A stretch of 64,000 bases of DNA from Camelus ferus (Eukaryota), in contig NC_045696.1 of assembly GCF_009834535.1 (NCBI RefSeq), positions 89,034,001 through 89,098,000 of the forward strand. The letters run 5' to 3'. A model generated the notes under the pieces. The model was not told the origin of the DNA. It ran no database searches and saw nothing but the letters and a program-made list of their open reading frames with translations. Positions within the stretch are counted from its first letter, which is position 1. Every line of letters starts with the position of its first letter. Of the stretch, positions 14,914 through 29,900 are shown in pieces. A program made the translations under genes and the position numbers.

Positions 14914-17900
14914 GAAATGAACTTATTTTCAAAACAGAAACAGAATCACAGACATAGAAAACAAACTTATGGTTACCAGTGGGGAAACGGGGTGGTAAAG
15001 GATAAATTGGGAGTTCAAGATTTGCAGATACTAACTACTATATATAAAATAGATAAACAAGTTTCTTCTGTATAGCACAGGGAACTAAATTCAATTATCT
15101 TGTAGTAACCTATAATGAAAAAGAACATGAAAACAAATATATGTGTATGTATGACTGAAACAATATGCTGTACGCCAGAAATTGATACATCATTGTAAAC
15201 TGGCAATACTACAATTATATGAATAAATAAATTTTAAAAAATTAGCATTTCAAAATTTACCCTGGTTGTGGAGAAACAGTCATATTCATTACATTTTTGT
15301 GTGTATGTTACTCAGTGGCATATATTCTAAATTTTGGGACAAGGTTAAGGGCATGCATAAGTCTACCAAAGAGAATTAGAAACAAAACCAAAAACCAAAA
15401 TAAAGTATACACTTCCAGCTTTTTAAATGAGGCTACATGATTGCACAGGAACCAAAAGTTTTTACTCACTGAAGTCAGCATGACTTTGGGTATACCTTAC
15501 TAGATCTTTAGCACTCCTATTTCAAAGGCAAATTTATTACACTACCACTGAAAGGACTTAATCACTTTTCTTTTGTGGAGGAGTCTAGGTTTTGTATAAA
15601 GTGTTATGAAAGTATACTAGTGATTGATGTCAAGCAGAATGTGAGTTAGGATTATTGCTGTTTTCCATGTTAGGAAGTTTATAAGAGAATTATCTATTAA
15701 ATTAGTAGATTAGGCGTAGAAAATTCATTCCTATACTTCATGTGAGGTTTTGTCACATGCCATTACATGCCAAGAAAAGTTTATACATAATGCTAAAGAA
15801 AATAACTTATGGTCTATTGATATTGTTATTGATTTGAAGAGTTGTCAAATTTTTTTTTAATTTTGTTTTTTACTGAAGTGTAGTTGATTTACAATGTTAG
15901 TTTCAGGTGTACAGCAAAGTGATTCAGTTATACACATACATACTATATATACCTATTTTTCAGATTCTTTTCCATTATATGTTATTACAAGAAATTGAAT
16001 ATACCTACTGTGAACAGACCTACTGTGCTGAAACTGAACAGACCTACTGTGCTGTATAGGTCTTTGTTGTTTACCTATTTTATATATAGTAATATGTATC
16101 TGTTAATCCCAAACTCCTAATTTATTCCTCCCCTGCCCTTTCCCCTTTGGTAACCATAGTTTGTTTTCTATGTCTCTGAGTCTGTTTTTGGTTTGTAAAT
16201 AAAATTTGTATCATTTTTTTTTTAGATTCCACATATAAGTAGTATCATATATTTGTCTTTGACTTACTTCACTTAATATGATAATCTCTAGGTCCATCCA
16301 TGTTGCAGCAAATGGCATTATTTCATTCTATTTTATGGCTCAGTAGTATTCCACTGCATATACATACTGTATCTTTACCCAGTCATCTGTAGATGGACAT
16401 TTAGATTGTCTCCATGTTCTGGCTGTTGTAAGTAGTGCTGCTATGAACACTGGGGTGCATTTATCTTTTCAAATTAGTTTTCTCTGGATATATGCCCAGG
16501 AGTGGGATTGCTGGATCATACAGTAAGTCTATTTTAAGTTTAAGAAACCTCCATCATTCCCACTAATAGTGCAAGAGGGTTCCCTTTTTCCCACATCCTC
16601 TCCAGCATTTATCGTTTGTATACTTCTAAATGATGGCTATTCTCACTGGTGTGAGCTGATACCTCTTTGTAGTTTTCATTTGCATTCCTCTAATAATTAG
16701 CATCTTTTCATGTACCTGTTGGCCATTTGTATGTCTTCACTGGAGAAATGTCTATATAGGTCATCTGCCCATTTTTTTGACTGGGTTGTTTATTTTTTGA
16801 TATTAAGCTGTATGAGCTATTTGTATGTTTTGGAAATTAGTCCCTTGTCAGTCGCATCATTTGCTAATATTTTCTCACTCTGTAGGTTGTCTTTTCATTT
16901 TGTTTATGGTTTCCTTTGCTGTGCAAAGGCATTTAAGTTTAGTTAGGCCCCACTCATTTATTTTTGCTTTTATTTTCATTACTCTAGGAACTGGTTCAAA
17001 ATAAATATTGCTGTGATTTATGTCAGAGTGTTCTGCCTATGTTTTCCTCTACGAGTTTTATAGTATCCAGTCCTACATTTAGGTCTTTAATCCACTTTGA
17101 GTTTATTTTTGTATATGATGTTAGAGATCTTTTTTTTAAGTAGTTATTGATGCTGGAAGTTAGAAATGCAAACTACCAGTCACTCTAACGCTGGAATCTA
17201 TATTCCTTTACAGAAGGCAGTACAAGGTTTTTTTTCCCCACAACCATGTGACCCCAGAACCTAACATAATCTTCAAAACCTATCAAATGCTCACTTAAAT
17301 AACTGAAGAAAAAGCTAGGATTCAAAATCAAAAAACACTTAAAAACTAAATTACAAGTAGATTATCAATACCCACCTTATCCAAACCTATAAAGGTTGCA
17401 ACTCCAATATTGTGTCTTTTAAGGAAGTTTACACATTCTTGGGCTGTATCAATAGAATCAACAACAATGTGGTCTAATGCATGACAACAGGATGAAATTG
17501 CAACATCGTATTTTTCATCAATTGCTCCTAAGTCCCCCTAATAATTAAGAGAAGGGGGAAAGAAATCAACACACAATCAGCAAGGGAATTAGGCACAGGA
17601 TCATTTTATTACTATACATATAGACTTTTAAAGTTGTGTTTAATTGAAGAACTGTACCTACATATGGTTTTAAGAAGTACAAAAAGGGAACACAGTGAAA
17701 AATTTAAGTGTTCCTCACATTTAACCTTCCCCTTCTGCAGAGGCAATCACTACTAGCTTCTTTTAATCTACCTTTTAAAAAAGTTTATGGATATACAGTT
17801 TAAGTTTTTAATAAGCACAAAATGAGAGAATTGTTTTTACTGCATATGTATGAAAACATATAATGTGAAGATTTGAAACTCAAAAGTACTATAAAAATAA

Positions 17901-20900
17901 CTTACAGAATAATAAAACTGAATTATCGAAAGCCATCTAAGATTATGTAAGTCTGCTTGTCAGTCTATTAATAAATTAGCTATCAAGCAGCATTAACCAA
18001 GTAGCTTTATTTTTCCTTGAGAGTAAATGAATAGGATCAAATTGTGTATCTTTAAGAAAATAAGGTGGAAATCACTTGACACGCAGACATGGAAGCAACT
18101 ATGCTGGGTAATTTTCATTTGCCCTTCTGAATCACTCTCTTCTGCTTCCTTCTCTAGAAGGCTGACTCAGGAGCTGTATCAATTGGCTCCTCTGGCTTTC
18201 TAACTTTAGACAATGTGAGGCACCAGCTAGAAGTGGCAGGGTAGATGAATGGGCTTGAAATATTTATTTTCCCTGTTTCCTCTCAGCTACCCTCTGGCCC
18301 CAGCCACAGCTCCCCTTCCTTCTTCAGGCTCAGGAGCTCAGGCTTCAGGTCCTGACTATTGCTAGTCTTGGGTTTTGATATTATTCCCTTGTTGATTTCC
18401 CTAAACTCAAACCACAACCTTTAATATAATGGTTTAAAATCTGGAATATAATCTATCGAGTTAATTTTCTTAGAAAGAAAAAAGGAGTTTTGTTAAGTTT
18501 ATCACTAGGGCTAGATCATTTTCTTAAAATGACTATAATTATCCAAAACTAAAAGAACAAGCAAAAATTATTTTTAACATGAAAGGACCCTTACCACAAA
18601 GAACATTATTATGCCTGAGTATAAGAGCAAAATGTTTAAAAATGAACATCCTTTAAAACAAACAAAAGAAACATTCAATATGTTTTCTTTAAGTCAAGGT
18701 AAGAAAATTATTTACAATGTCTGAGAAAGATGAATAGTTATTTACAAATAAATTTACTTTACCAATCTCCCATATATTCCTGGAATCCTGCCAGATTTTT
18801 TTTCTTGAATTATTGCATCAAGGACTTTCCCTCTACTTCGATTCATTGCTAAGGAACTCTTTGCTTCTTCAACTTTTTGAAAAAGATCATGAACCAAACT
18901 TTTGAAATTTATTTCTTCTTGTGTAAGTTTTTGAAGCTCTTTTTCTTTCTAAAAGTGAAAAGAAAAGAAAATGAATCCCAGAAGCATACAACTTATCATA
19001 GCATAGAATTATCTGCAATATCTAAAAAAAGGAAAGATCAGTAATAAACACTTGAACCAGAACTAAGCTGTCATATTGCAACTGCTAGTTTGATTTTGAA
19101 AAATATGGATGAATTTTCTATTCTAAAGGAGGCATACATTATTTAGGTCAGTAATAATAAACACTGTATAGTTCTAGGAGGGGTGCACTATTTGATAGAG
19201 CAAGTAGACCTAGGGTTGTTGGAATCCCAGTTTGGCACAATATGGTTATGTGTGTGTCCTAATTCTTGTCTTTTTACACTAAAACAAAAACAGACCTCAT
19301 ACAGGACTCCAGATATGGGTTACTGGGAAGGGCTATAATTATACAGTGCTTTGCTTTCTAAATAAAAGGAAGCTTATTATACAGTATCACATAGCATATA
19401 TTATTATATCTAATTAAAGGAAAACAAAACAAAAAAAGCACAGCTCTGAAATGAAGTGTAGCATGATGAGTGAATGGTACTATTGCTATACAAAAATGTC
19501 AGCTGCCAATGAAAGGATCCACATACACGCACACAAAAATCCTTACTCTCGGGTTCTCAATGTCCAAGTTAGAGCAGCCATTTTTCTTACATTCTCCTTC
19601 ATCTCCTGCCTTTCAATTATTACTTCTATTACCAGTCATACCAGTTTAAAGTAAAAGCTCAAGATACAGATACAATTTATCCAAAAATAGACTGAATCAC
19701 CATGAAGACAGAAGCGGTCACTGGATATGACTTAAATTGGTATTTAAATTCTACATGGTCATGAAGTTCTCTGATAACCAACTAGCGTGCATTTACTAAA
19801 ATGAAAAACACTATTTTCAGTATAATTTCCCTTCAAGCAGCATTTTCTACTGCCATCTTGCCTAATGATGCTTTGGAGATTAAAGCTATGAGCTAAGCTA
19901 GATATCTTAATCAGTCTAACAAGCTGCAGTCCCAATAACAAAACTACATCCATAAATTCAAAAGCAGAAAGAAATACACAAAGATAGTTGATTTGCACAT
20001 TCATTTACACACACACACACTTTCTATTTGTGTTTTTCCTCTACCCTTGCATAAATTGTCTACACTTAGATTTAGGGAAACACAAACATTGTTTAAATTT
20101 TATTTCCATGGGAAATAATGGTGGTTGCAGCAGTATTATTTCCTGTTTGACACTTCAGGCGAGAACATAGTTTCTTAATAGTCTTGATTCCTATCAGATG
20201 AAATACTGAAATACTAACCCTATTCTTTTGGGAAAGGTTATAGTAAGTTAAAAAAAAATCTCTGTACCAGTCACTTGAGATGTTGAGATTTAAAAAAATA
20301 TGTAAATATATATAAAAATAAATAAAACTAGGGTTGATAAACAATGTTCAGATGAAATACAAAAGCAAAGATTTACCTCCTTCAGTTCACTTTCAGTTTG
20401 AGGGAGTTTTGCCTCTATATCTCCAATTGCAGCTTTCCTTTCTTTGAGAGTCTCAGAAGCTGCCATTAGAGCTTCTTTGGCCTTACTTAATTGAGACACT
20501 GCAGTATTATGACGACTGAGATAGATATCAAGTTCTGACTGGGCTACATCCATCTTTGAACGCGCTTCATTTACCAATTTGCTGAAACCCATAAGTTCTT
20601 TCTCTCGACTCTGTTAAAATAAGATTAACTCCATTAAAACTGAAAAATATGTGTCTTCAAACCTAAAATGAAATGGAAACCATACAGTTTGAATTTAACT
20701 TAATAGAGTCACAAGCACCATATACAGAAATAAATCTCACAAGTGGAATAACAGTTTTTGCCTAGTTGCCAATGTTCACTGTACACTCTTTTCCCAACTA
20801 ATCTCACAAGATTAATGAGGTAGATTAGTATGCTCAATTTAGAGATCAAAATAACAAAAAAAGAATGGCTAAAAGAGAACAACCACTTTGGATCTAAACT

Positions 20901-23900
20901 CCATGGTCTTTCCTACATTACCTTACTTGAAATGGTATTATAAGGTATAATGACTACTCAGCAGTTTCCCCAACTAACAAAAGCCATAAATTGATGAGTG
21001 AGTAGAAATTTTAAGCTACTGTAAATGACTATGTTGAAAGGATCTATTTATTAGATAATGGTTTAAGAAAGACTCTTATAAAAGCCTAACTTTCAATTCA
21101 CACACAAGGCAGCAGGCCCAGGAACGTAGGGCCAAAGTCATCAGATAATCAGTTTAAATGTTTGATGATAAAAAATGAATAGCAACACACACACTACTCT
21201 AGGCTATGTTCTCAATGTTTTGTAGGCACTTTATATAAGTACATATAAATTTTATTTTCACAAAAATTCACAAGATGGTTAATATTTTCTTCCCCATTCT
21301 GAGGAAGATAACTTGGAGACATAACAACCTGCACAAGACCAAAGATAAGTGGCTGACCTAGGATTTGAACCAAGAATAGACACAAGAGTCATGTTTTAAA
21401 ACTATTACACAAGAGCTACAGAAGCAAGGGAGATGTCAACCTGTGGTTAGTGTGGTCGTAAGTTTTTATAGGTAGAGACCAATTAAATTACGAAGCAAAA
21501 TAATTGGAAGATGAAAAATTGATGATGATATCAATGTATGCAAAGAATGGCATATCTAATGAAGTATTTGACATGTCATATTTTCTTCCACCCCTATAAA
21601 TTCTTGTTTTCAGTTACCTTTTTAAAACAAGAAAGAAGAAAACAAAAAAGGAGAGCCTAGGCTGACTATTTTTAGAAACGTTAGATATTAAAAGTGCAGA
21701 CTTTAGGGGGAGGGTATAGCTCAAGTGATAGAGCACATGCTTAGCAAGCATGAGGTACTGAGTTCAATTCTCTGTACCTCCTAAAAATAAAAAAGTAAAC
21801 CTAATTACCACCCCCTCAAACAACAACAAAATAAATCTAAAAAAAAAAAACCCCCAAAACTAAAACAATAAGAAATTTTTTAAAAATTTATTAAAAAACT
21901 ACAAACTTTTTAACAGTTTTTACTATTACTATAAAAATCTTCAAGTTAAAAAAAAAATGCTGCCAAAATAAATACCAACTGATAAAGAATCTTACTTCTT
22001 TTTCTTTCTGAAGCCCTTGTGTTTCCTGTTTAAGGTTATCCATAACTTCCTTTAATTTTTCTTCTTCTTTTTCTTTTTCCTTCTCAAGGGCATTGTTTCT
22101 AGTTGTTGCCTCAGTTATGATATTCTCACTCTTGGCAGGTATACCTTTAAATTCTTCAACCTAAGATTATAGAACAAATTAAAGTTACTAAGAGCATGTA
22201 CCCTTAGACTATCCAATATCATTAATATTTGACTTATTTATAAGAATTTCTCAGGATTTTCTAGATTTTTGTGATTTTTCTTTGTAATTAGGTTTGAAAC
22301 AGCTAGCTTTACCAAGTAAACCATCTGCTTAACCATCTGCTACAATTTCTATATTCTCTCAGTCTAATGGTGAAGTTTATTCTATAAATTCCTGATTCCT
22401 TATGAAAGACAATTCTTCCTGGCTAGGCATTAGATCTTTTTTCCTTCCGCTCCAATTCCAGGCTGTAATTATCCTTCTTCACCTATGAATATGGTCTGAC
22501 TACATGGAATTCTCTAAAGTACTCATGGTATATAATAACTTACCACAAATTCTCTTTACACTCCCTAGACTGCTTAAAATCCTATAATCCTTCACAACTT
22601 TACCCTTCCAGAGTCACCTTGTAGGATTAATATTTTATTCCATTAATACCTTCTAGTAGTAATCACTTATCCACATTTAACGCCTAAAGGCTAATATCTC
22701 TTATTACAGTTACATTTGGCTTAATCTGCTCAATTTAGGGATTAGTATCAAATCCACATTATTTTGTTTATCCTGATTATGTATTACTAGAGAAATTCAA
22801 CATTTCCCAAAATGGTTTTCCTCAAACACTGATTCACATAAGATATTACTGTACTGAGGGTAAAATATTGTGTGAAAAATGCATTTGGAAAAATGTTTAC
22901 AAGGTAAAACAGAGCCTGTTATAATTACTATGTAATTATATGGTACAAAACTTTTTTGAGGGGAGGGGCTTTAGGTGTCATATCTATTATCTGATTAAGC
23001 TCTGAATATAGTTTGAAATACCCCCAATTAAGTGATTATTAGAATAGAGCTCCTAGCAAGTTAGGCATTCTGGTCTAAACGTCATCTGTTTTTTTTAAAA
23101 CCTCAGATTGGCTGATCTTGCTATAAAATATGAGCTTTCCCTTCCCTCCTTTTTAAGGGGAAACTACTGCTCTGATACTCTTATAAAGGAGGCAAGTGCT
23201 ATTTTTAAAAGTCTATGATATGTAGCCAAAGATATCTTTTTAAGCCACTAAACTCTAGGAAAAAGAAAATTATTTTATCACCAAAATAGAATTGCTGATT
23301 TGGTAAATATTTTCCCAACAATGTATATCAGAAACATAAGGTCTAAAACTCAAAATCAATAAACGTAAGATTTCTCTTCAGGGGAAAAAAGCCAGCTTCA
23401 GAGATAAATCTTGAAACACCTAACATTCAAAATCCCAACTCATTCTCTTAGGTAATAAGGGGCAAGCATATCCATGAAAAATAATAAAAAGTAGATCTAA
23501 TACTCAGACATGAAATTTTAAGCCCCCCCCCCCAATAACCTACCTTTTCTTTATCTTTTTGAAGTTGTTTCTCCAGTTTTTTGGCTTTACTTGTAGCATG
23601 TTTTAATTTTTCCCTAACTTGAACATCTTCCAAATCTAGCTTTGTAAATTTTTCTTTGTTCTCCTCAATAAATTTTGTAATTTTATTCAGTTTCCTAGCA
23701 AAGTAAGAAAATTATCAGTCACTATTTTAGATATTCAGATATTTTAAAGCCATTTTATATACCCTGCCTGGAACATTTTGTAAATGTGTCCAAACTCATC
23801 CAGTAGGACCCTAACACTATTTCAAGCTGACCACTCACCTCAGATTTGAGGGAGCTGTTAAAATGTGGGATTATGAGAGTTATTTTGTCCTTCAAAGCTG

Positions 23901-26900
23901 GATGGGAAATACTATATTTTTAAAAAACTGTATCTAGGTATAGAAAAATTTGACCATAAAAATGAGCAAAACTCATTTTAAGTAATAAAAAAGAAAACCA
24001 TATAGGTAAGAGATATTGGTGTCATTAAATACTGCCATGAGAAAGGTAATGATAAAACTTGAAGACAACTAACCGCAGGTTAAACGCTTATTTTTACTGC
24101 GATGTTTTGTGTTATCATGTTCTGCCACTAGGGGGTAGTATACTCCATTATTTTGAGACCAGTGTTGTGCACTTTGATAATGATCAACTGGATGAAGGAC
24201 AATTAAGTTTTTTATTTGCAGAAGGAGAGACCATTCTATATGCTAGCAAATGTATTACACTCATATGCTGGTAGTAAGTGTATATACAGACACACACACA
24301 TACATGTAATAAAATCAACTGAACCTAAATACTTTTAGTACTTTCCAAAAGATTATTACTTCTCTACATCTTTTACAGCTTTATTCTTAGCTTTCATTTC
24401 GTTTGACAGTATATTGCTCTTCTCATTAATTTCTCTGGTATCTTCATGAATTTTTTCCTTTTGAGTTTCCATTTCAGCAATTCGTTTCTGCAGATCATAA
24501 CTTGAGAGAGGAAAAAAAGAAACCAGAGATCCTAAAATGCCATTTCTAAAATTCTTTATTTTAGTAAAAACCAGCTGTTTCTAAAGTTTTATTTTTATTT
24601 TTTTTCTTTATTATTCTGAAGGTCTACCACTGAACTATTCCCCTCTCCTCTAAAGTATTCTTAACTATAGTCAAATAATAATTACCATGGACTACTGAGG
24701 AGGGTAGGGGAAACCAACCCAGCGTCAAAGCTAGAATTAGGAACAAAACAGGTTCCATATAAGCAAAATTTTATGCATTAAAAAATGAATGTATAGGTAA
24801 AGCTATTAAACATAGTAATAAATACTTTTGAATCCACCTCCCAACTTAAAGTAGGATACTTAAGAGTCAACTTCAACACTATGGTAACAACCCTAATTTA
24901 CATCACATGAAACAATTTTCAAATTTTTTTTTCACTTCAGTCTTCACATTTCTCTAATATAGGAAAAGAGAAGGGCTTAATGTCTGAAACCAACATAAAA
25001 ACTGATAAATTAAGGTACTTACATGTAATATTGACAAACATGATTCTTTTTTCTAAATATTTCATTTTCCAAGGTAAGGAATTCAATGGCTATGTTTTTC
25101 TCTCCTTCTAAGGCATCCTTTTCCTTTTCCACCATTTTAACTCTGTTTAACTACAAAATTTAAAAGTGTAGATATTGTGTATATGAAGTATATTTCAACA
25201 ATCTGAATTTAAAATATACCAACATTAGATTAAACTATATAAACTACATTAATAAAACAATGTTAACCTGCAATGCCAATGAAAGAAATATAAAATTTAA
25301 TCTAAAATAGTAAATATTATTTGAATAATTACGATTTAACATTACTTGAGTATCTGGCTCAGTAAACTTTGTTAATCAATAAACAAAACACTCTGGTTTA
25401 CAAGAGTCTACAGAAGATTCACCTTCTCTCCTCTGTGTTCATTTAATATTTCAACTCTCCGACACAAGACTTTAATAGGTTCATTTAGCCGTCCACAACC
25501 AATTATATCTTCTAGATATTCAAGCATACCCTCATCATGTTCTGTTTGGCCTTTTGGTTTCATCATAGCAATTTGTTCAACTTCACCCTTTAAAAAAAGT
25601 CATATTTCATATTCATTGTGTATGTTTACCTACATCAATCTTAAGTGAGAAATTAGAAACAGTCAATTAACAAACCCAACACTAATGAACAACTAAATGA
25701 TATATAAATCAGTAGCTTAAAGACTTAATAAGATAAAAATGTTCTCTCCACTGATATTCTTAAGAGTTTTAATTTTACTTAAGGGGGTAAGAAATGTATA
25801 TTTGTACTCCCTTGGATAAACTGTTATAAAATTGTAACAGATACCCACATATCCACAGAGCCAAAGGAAGATTCCCTATCTAGAATGTTCATTCAATATA
25901 AAAAAATGACTAACTTTTCTATTAAGTAAAACTCAGAAAGGTATTCATGTAATCCACAATTCAATTGTTGTGGCAACATTTTCAACTGTTAACATAATTA
26001 GAGCTCATGTTCTAAAACAAAGAATTTTCAAAAAGACCCTTCATAGTTAAACTGTAGTAGGACTCTTGTCCCAAGGTGGTTAGTATTAAGGTTTCTCTAT
26101 AAAACAAAATTTAAAAAATGGTGTTACAAAATAAAATTAAAACAACAACAAAAACAAACAAAAAAACCCCTGGTGTTAGGAGTTCCCCAAGTGCTGGGCT
26201 TCATAAGTATGCAAATTTAATGTTCTAACTTTCTAGAAACAAGACTATTAAATAAAAAAAGAAATATAACTATTTCTCACTGGTAATAATAGAAGAAATC
26301 CAACTGACTGAAAACTAAAGGTCCTGGTACATACAACATTGGAAAACTTTTGCTTGCAATCATTATAACAACTTTTGAATTGTAATTGAAATCTTAGGTT
26401 AACATTATATATTTGTATTTAAGCAATTTAATTACAAAGAGAAAAGATGAAAAAAATTCACAATCAGTAACCTTCAAGGTTGATTGCTAAGCAGCCATTT
26501 AGTTTGATGGGGGAGAAAATTTTGTCTGAACATGCTCAGGCAAAATGCAGCTAAACTTTTCTTCACACACAAGCAGCCTGCTTATACTCTATACTATTAC
26601 AACAGAAGAAAAGGGATAGGCAAGTAGAAAAAAAAATACTCCTTTATTTCTACAAAATAGCAAAAATTAAAAAAATTAATTAGACATTAAAAAAAACACA
26701 AACTCTTCTCAATTTAAATATCTACAGAAATTTGGGATAAAAGTTGCTAATGACAAAGTATCATATTTACCAAAAGCCTCAACATACTAATATAAAGAAT
26801 TTAAAGATAAAACAAGACAAGATAAAACAGTTCACTTTAAATCTACTCATTAAAAGGCATAAGTTTTAACACTTTTACACATTCTCACTTTTCTGTGTAA

Positions 26901-29900
26901 ACAGAAACTGTGCTGTATAAACAGCACATGATATAAAATATAGTGAAATGTTATCCAAAGAGCCTGTTTTTAAGAGATTTTCTCTGTAACCTTGGGTATG
27001 TATGAATTGTGTTTTAACTAAGTATTAGTGTTTAAACTGAAATATGTAGATATTTATCTAAAAATATTTCAATTCTGCCTTCAATTATCAGTTCTTTCCA
27101 ACGTTTTCAGCAAAAGGTTTAAGTTTTAGACAGGATTTAAGCCTGGAAGAATGTCCAAAGCTTTGGATCACAACAGGAGGGACTCCAGCCATTGAGAAAG
27201 CTGAGTCTTACTGAAAGTTTTTATCTAGACAGGATTATTAACAGCAACATTACTGTCATTTGGGGATGAAATCTCTTTGTTATGGGGAGCTACGCTGGGC
27301 ATCACAGGATGTTTTAAAGTATCTCAGACCTTTACCCAATAGATGCTAGCAGCATCAGGCTTCCGGAAGCTGTAACAGCCCAGTCTCCAAACAATGCTAA
27401 ATGTCCTGGGGGTAGGGATGCAAACCTATCTTCAGCTGAGAATCACTGGTCTAGGGGTAGTCAACTTTACTCTTTTGTGTTAGTGTTTATAATCCAAATA
27501 TTTGACACTTGATATGCCAACATTCTATCTAATTCTATTTGAATATTTACCACCTATTTTAGGATAAATGAAAAACTATGCCAAGAAAACTACGTGTCTG
27601 AGTCAAATTGCCATAAGGTATTAAGTATGTATTTTTCTGATAACCAAAAGTTTTGATTTAGGGTAACACTGATAAAAATATTCCTAAAGGCATCACACTT
27701 TCCCTGACCAAATAAGTTATTGAAGAGATGCAATGCCACTATTAGGAGACTGCCTAGCTTTCAGTAAAGCATAGTGGTTGCTTATTTTTGGTTACTTGTT
27801 CCTCCCTTTCCAATTAAAATGAAGTCTATACAGCTATGACTTCCTTTCATTCTAACAAGGTTGCCCAGTAGAAAACATTTTAAAGTGAAAGACAAGGACA
27901 TTTATGAATCAACATAGTTCCATCTCAATTCTCATATAACATTCAGTTTTTGATTTGTTTATATGGTATTAATTTTTTTAAAAGCTAGTTATTATCAGAT
28001 TAGCACTACTGAATCAACAAGTTATTAGAACATTTAGGCCTCTACCTGTCACTTGCCTATCAGGACTGCTGTGGTATTTCAATGACAATCTGGACCTTTC
28101 TTGTGGCTCTGTTCCTTGATGTCCTCTGCCTGCCTTACCACCTATTACTATTTGCTTTCTTCCCTCTTCTTCCATTTTGTGCCATTTTATATATAATCTG
28201 CGGGCTGACGGTCTGTGCCTAGAAGACCACTCATACTTTTTCAGAAAACTCACCTATCCCATGTGAAACTATAAAATATAGTTTTAATTTAGGGCAATAA
28301 GCCCAATACATTTCAGAAATAATTTTTAAACATCAACCTGAATTTAAAGTCACTCTTCCACTCAAAGCTCCAAATCACAAATAGCATTAACACGATGAGA
28401 CAAAAAAAATGTTTCAAGTTACTATACTGCTAGTAGCATTCGAAGCCGGCAAAGTTTTACAGGCCTCCACACTATTATCTCTATTTTCTATAGCTTAAGT
28501 AAACTACACATGATTTTAAATAAATTTTTTCACTGTTGTTTACTACAGACTTTCTATGTTTTAAATTATATTCATACTATATCAAAGACATTAAGCAACT
28601 GTGGAAAATATAATGCATGGTTCTTAAGAGTAACATACAAATAGCAAACTTACTTCAAGAGGATATTTGTAATATACAAAGCCTAAAGATTAACTTCTTA
28701 AAGTGGGTGGCAAACAAGGGTATTATGATTCATTTATAGCATACTTCAATAATCTAATTTACAGGTACACAGGTTAAAAAATCTAAGAGGAACAAATAGG
28801 TATGATGCTTTTTTGTCTTTATTGAAACAGAATCCAAATTTTAGCAAGCATGAACCACAGGAAACTCAAGTACATAGTTAGAATAAAACTTTTATTTCCT
28901 AATAAGGCCTGAAGGACTCTTAAAGTAAATATGGATGTTTGCATCAAAATTAAATGGCCCAGAATTACTAGGCTTTGAATTTTTATTTTGCCTTGGTAAT
29001 ATTTTTATTTTCTCCTTCTTTTCCTTTGTACCTGTACAGTTCTTTATCTACTTCTAATAAATTTTATTCTAATACGCTCTTTGTGATCTAACAGAGGCCG
29101 AAAAACCAAATGACCAAGGTTAGTATCTGTCCAAAATGAGTACATAAATAGAACAATGCTTTAGGAGGTAGACTGCTTGTTTTCTATCCTGGACACTTGG
29201 AGGTAACTTTCTGTTTTCTTTCATATAATTGAGGCTATTGAACAAGACACTTTTGGATAACTGAAGTACTACTGATAAAGCTAAAAAAATTCTTTTGATA
29301 TAGCACAGACTTTCTACACGCTAAAAAGCCAGAAAGCTTAGAAGTATACTGAAAAGAAAAAGGAAGAGATGAATAGGTAACAACTCAGATCTAGGTTAAT
29401 CTAATCTCCAAATTATTAAACAGTAAGAAAAAAAGCCTTGGTTCTTGTTATAAACTTAGATTTTATAATACGAATACAAAAAGCACATGAAGTTGAAAAC
29501 TTAGACTAAACTAAAATTTCATCAATAGTTATAGCTTTTGAGAAGCTTACAAAAACACTGAGATAGCAGTTATTAATGAAACTTCAAACTACAATAAAGC
29601 ATTAAGGTTATCATTCTCCTAACCTTAAATGGAGCAAATGGACCCAAACCAATTAAATCTAATTTATAAGTCACAGTTACCATGAAACGCTACACAGAGC
29701 TAATAAAACCCTACCTGTTTACACCAATAGTTACAACAATGGGACAACGGCTCCCAAACTAGGTATATATAAATGCAGAAATTTACAAACATAAAAAGTA
29801 CAATGGCCAATTATAATCCAACACTTTTAGAAGGTATGTATAAGTGCCTCTAAGGACAAGAAACAGAGTTCAGCCATCTTGTAACATTTACAGAAACTCA

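Noticed and set aside
21706..21782. tRNA-like sequence with A and B boxes
   Set aside because: SINE head with an A-rich tail and diverged dispersed copies; not a tRNA gene
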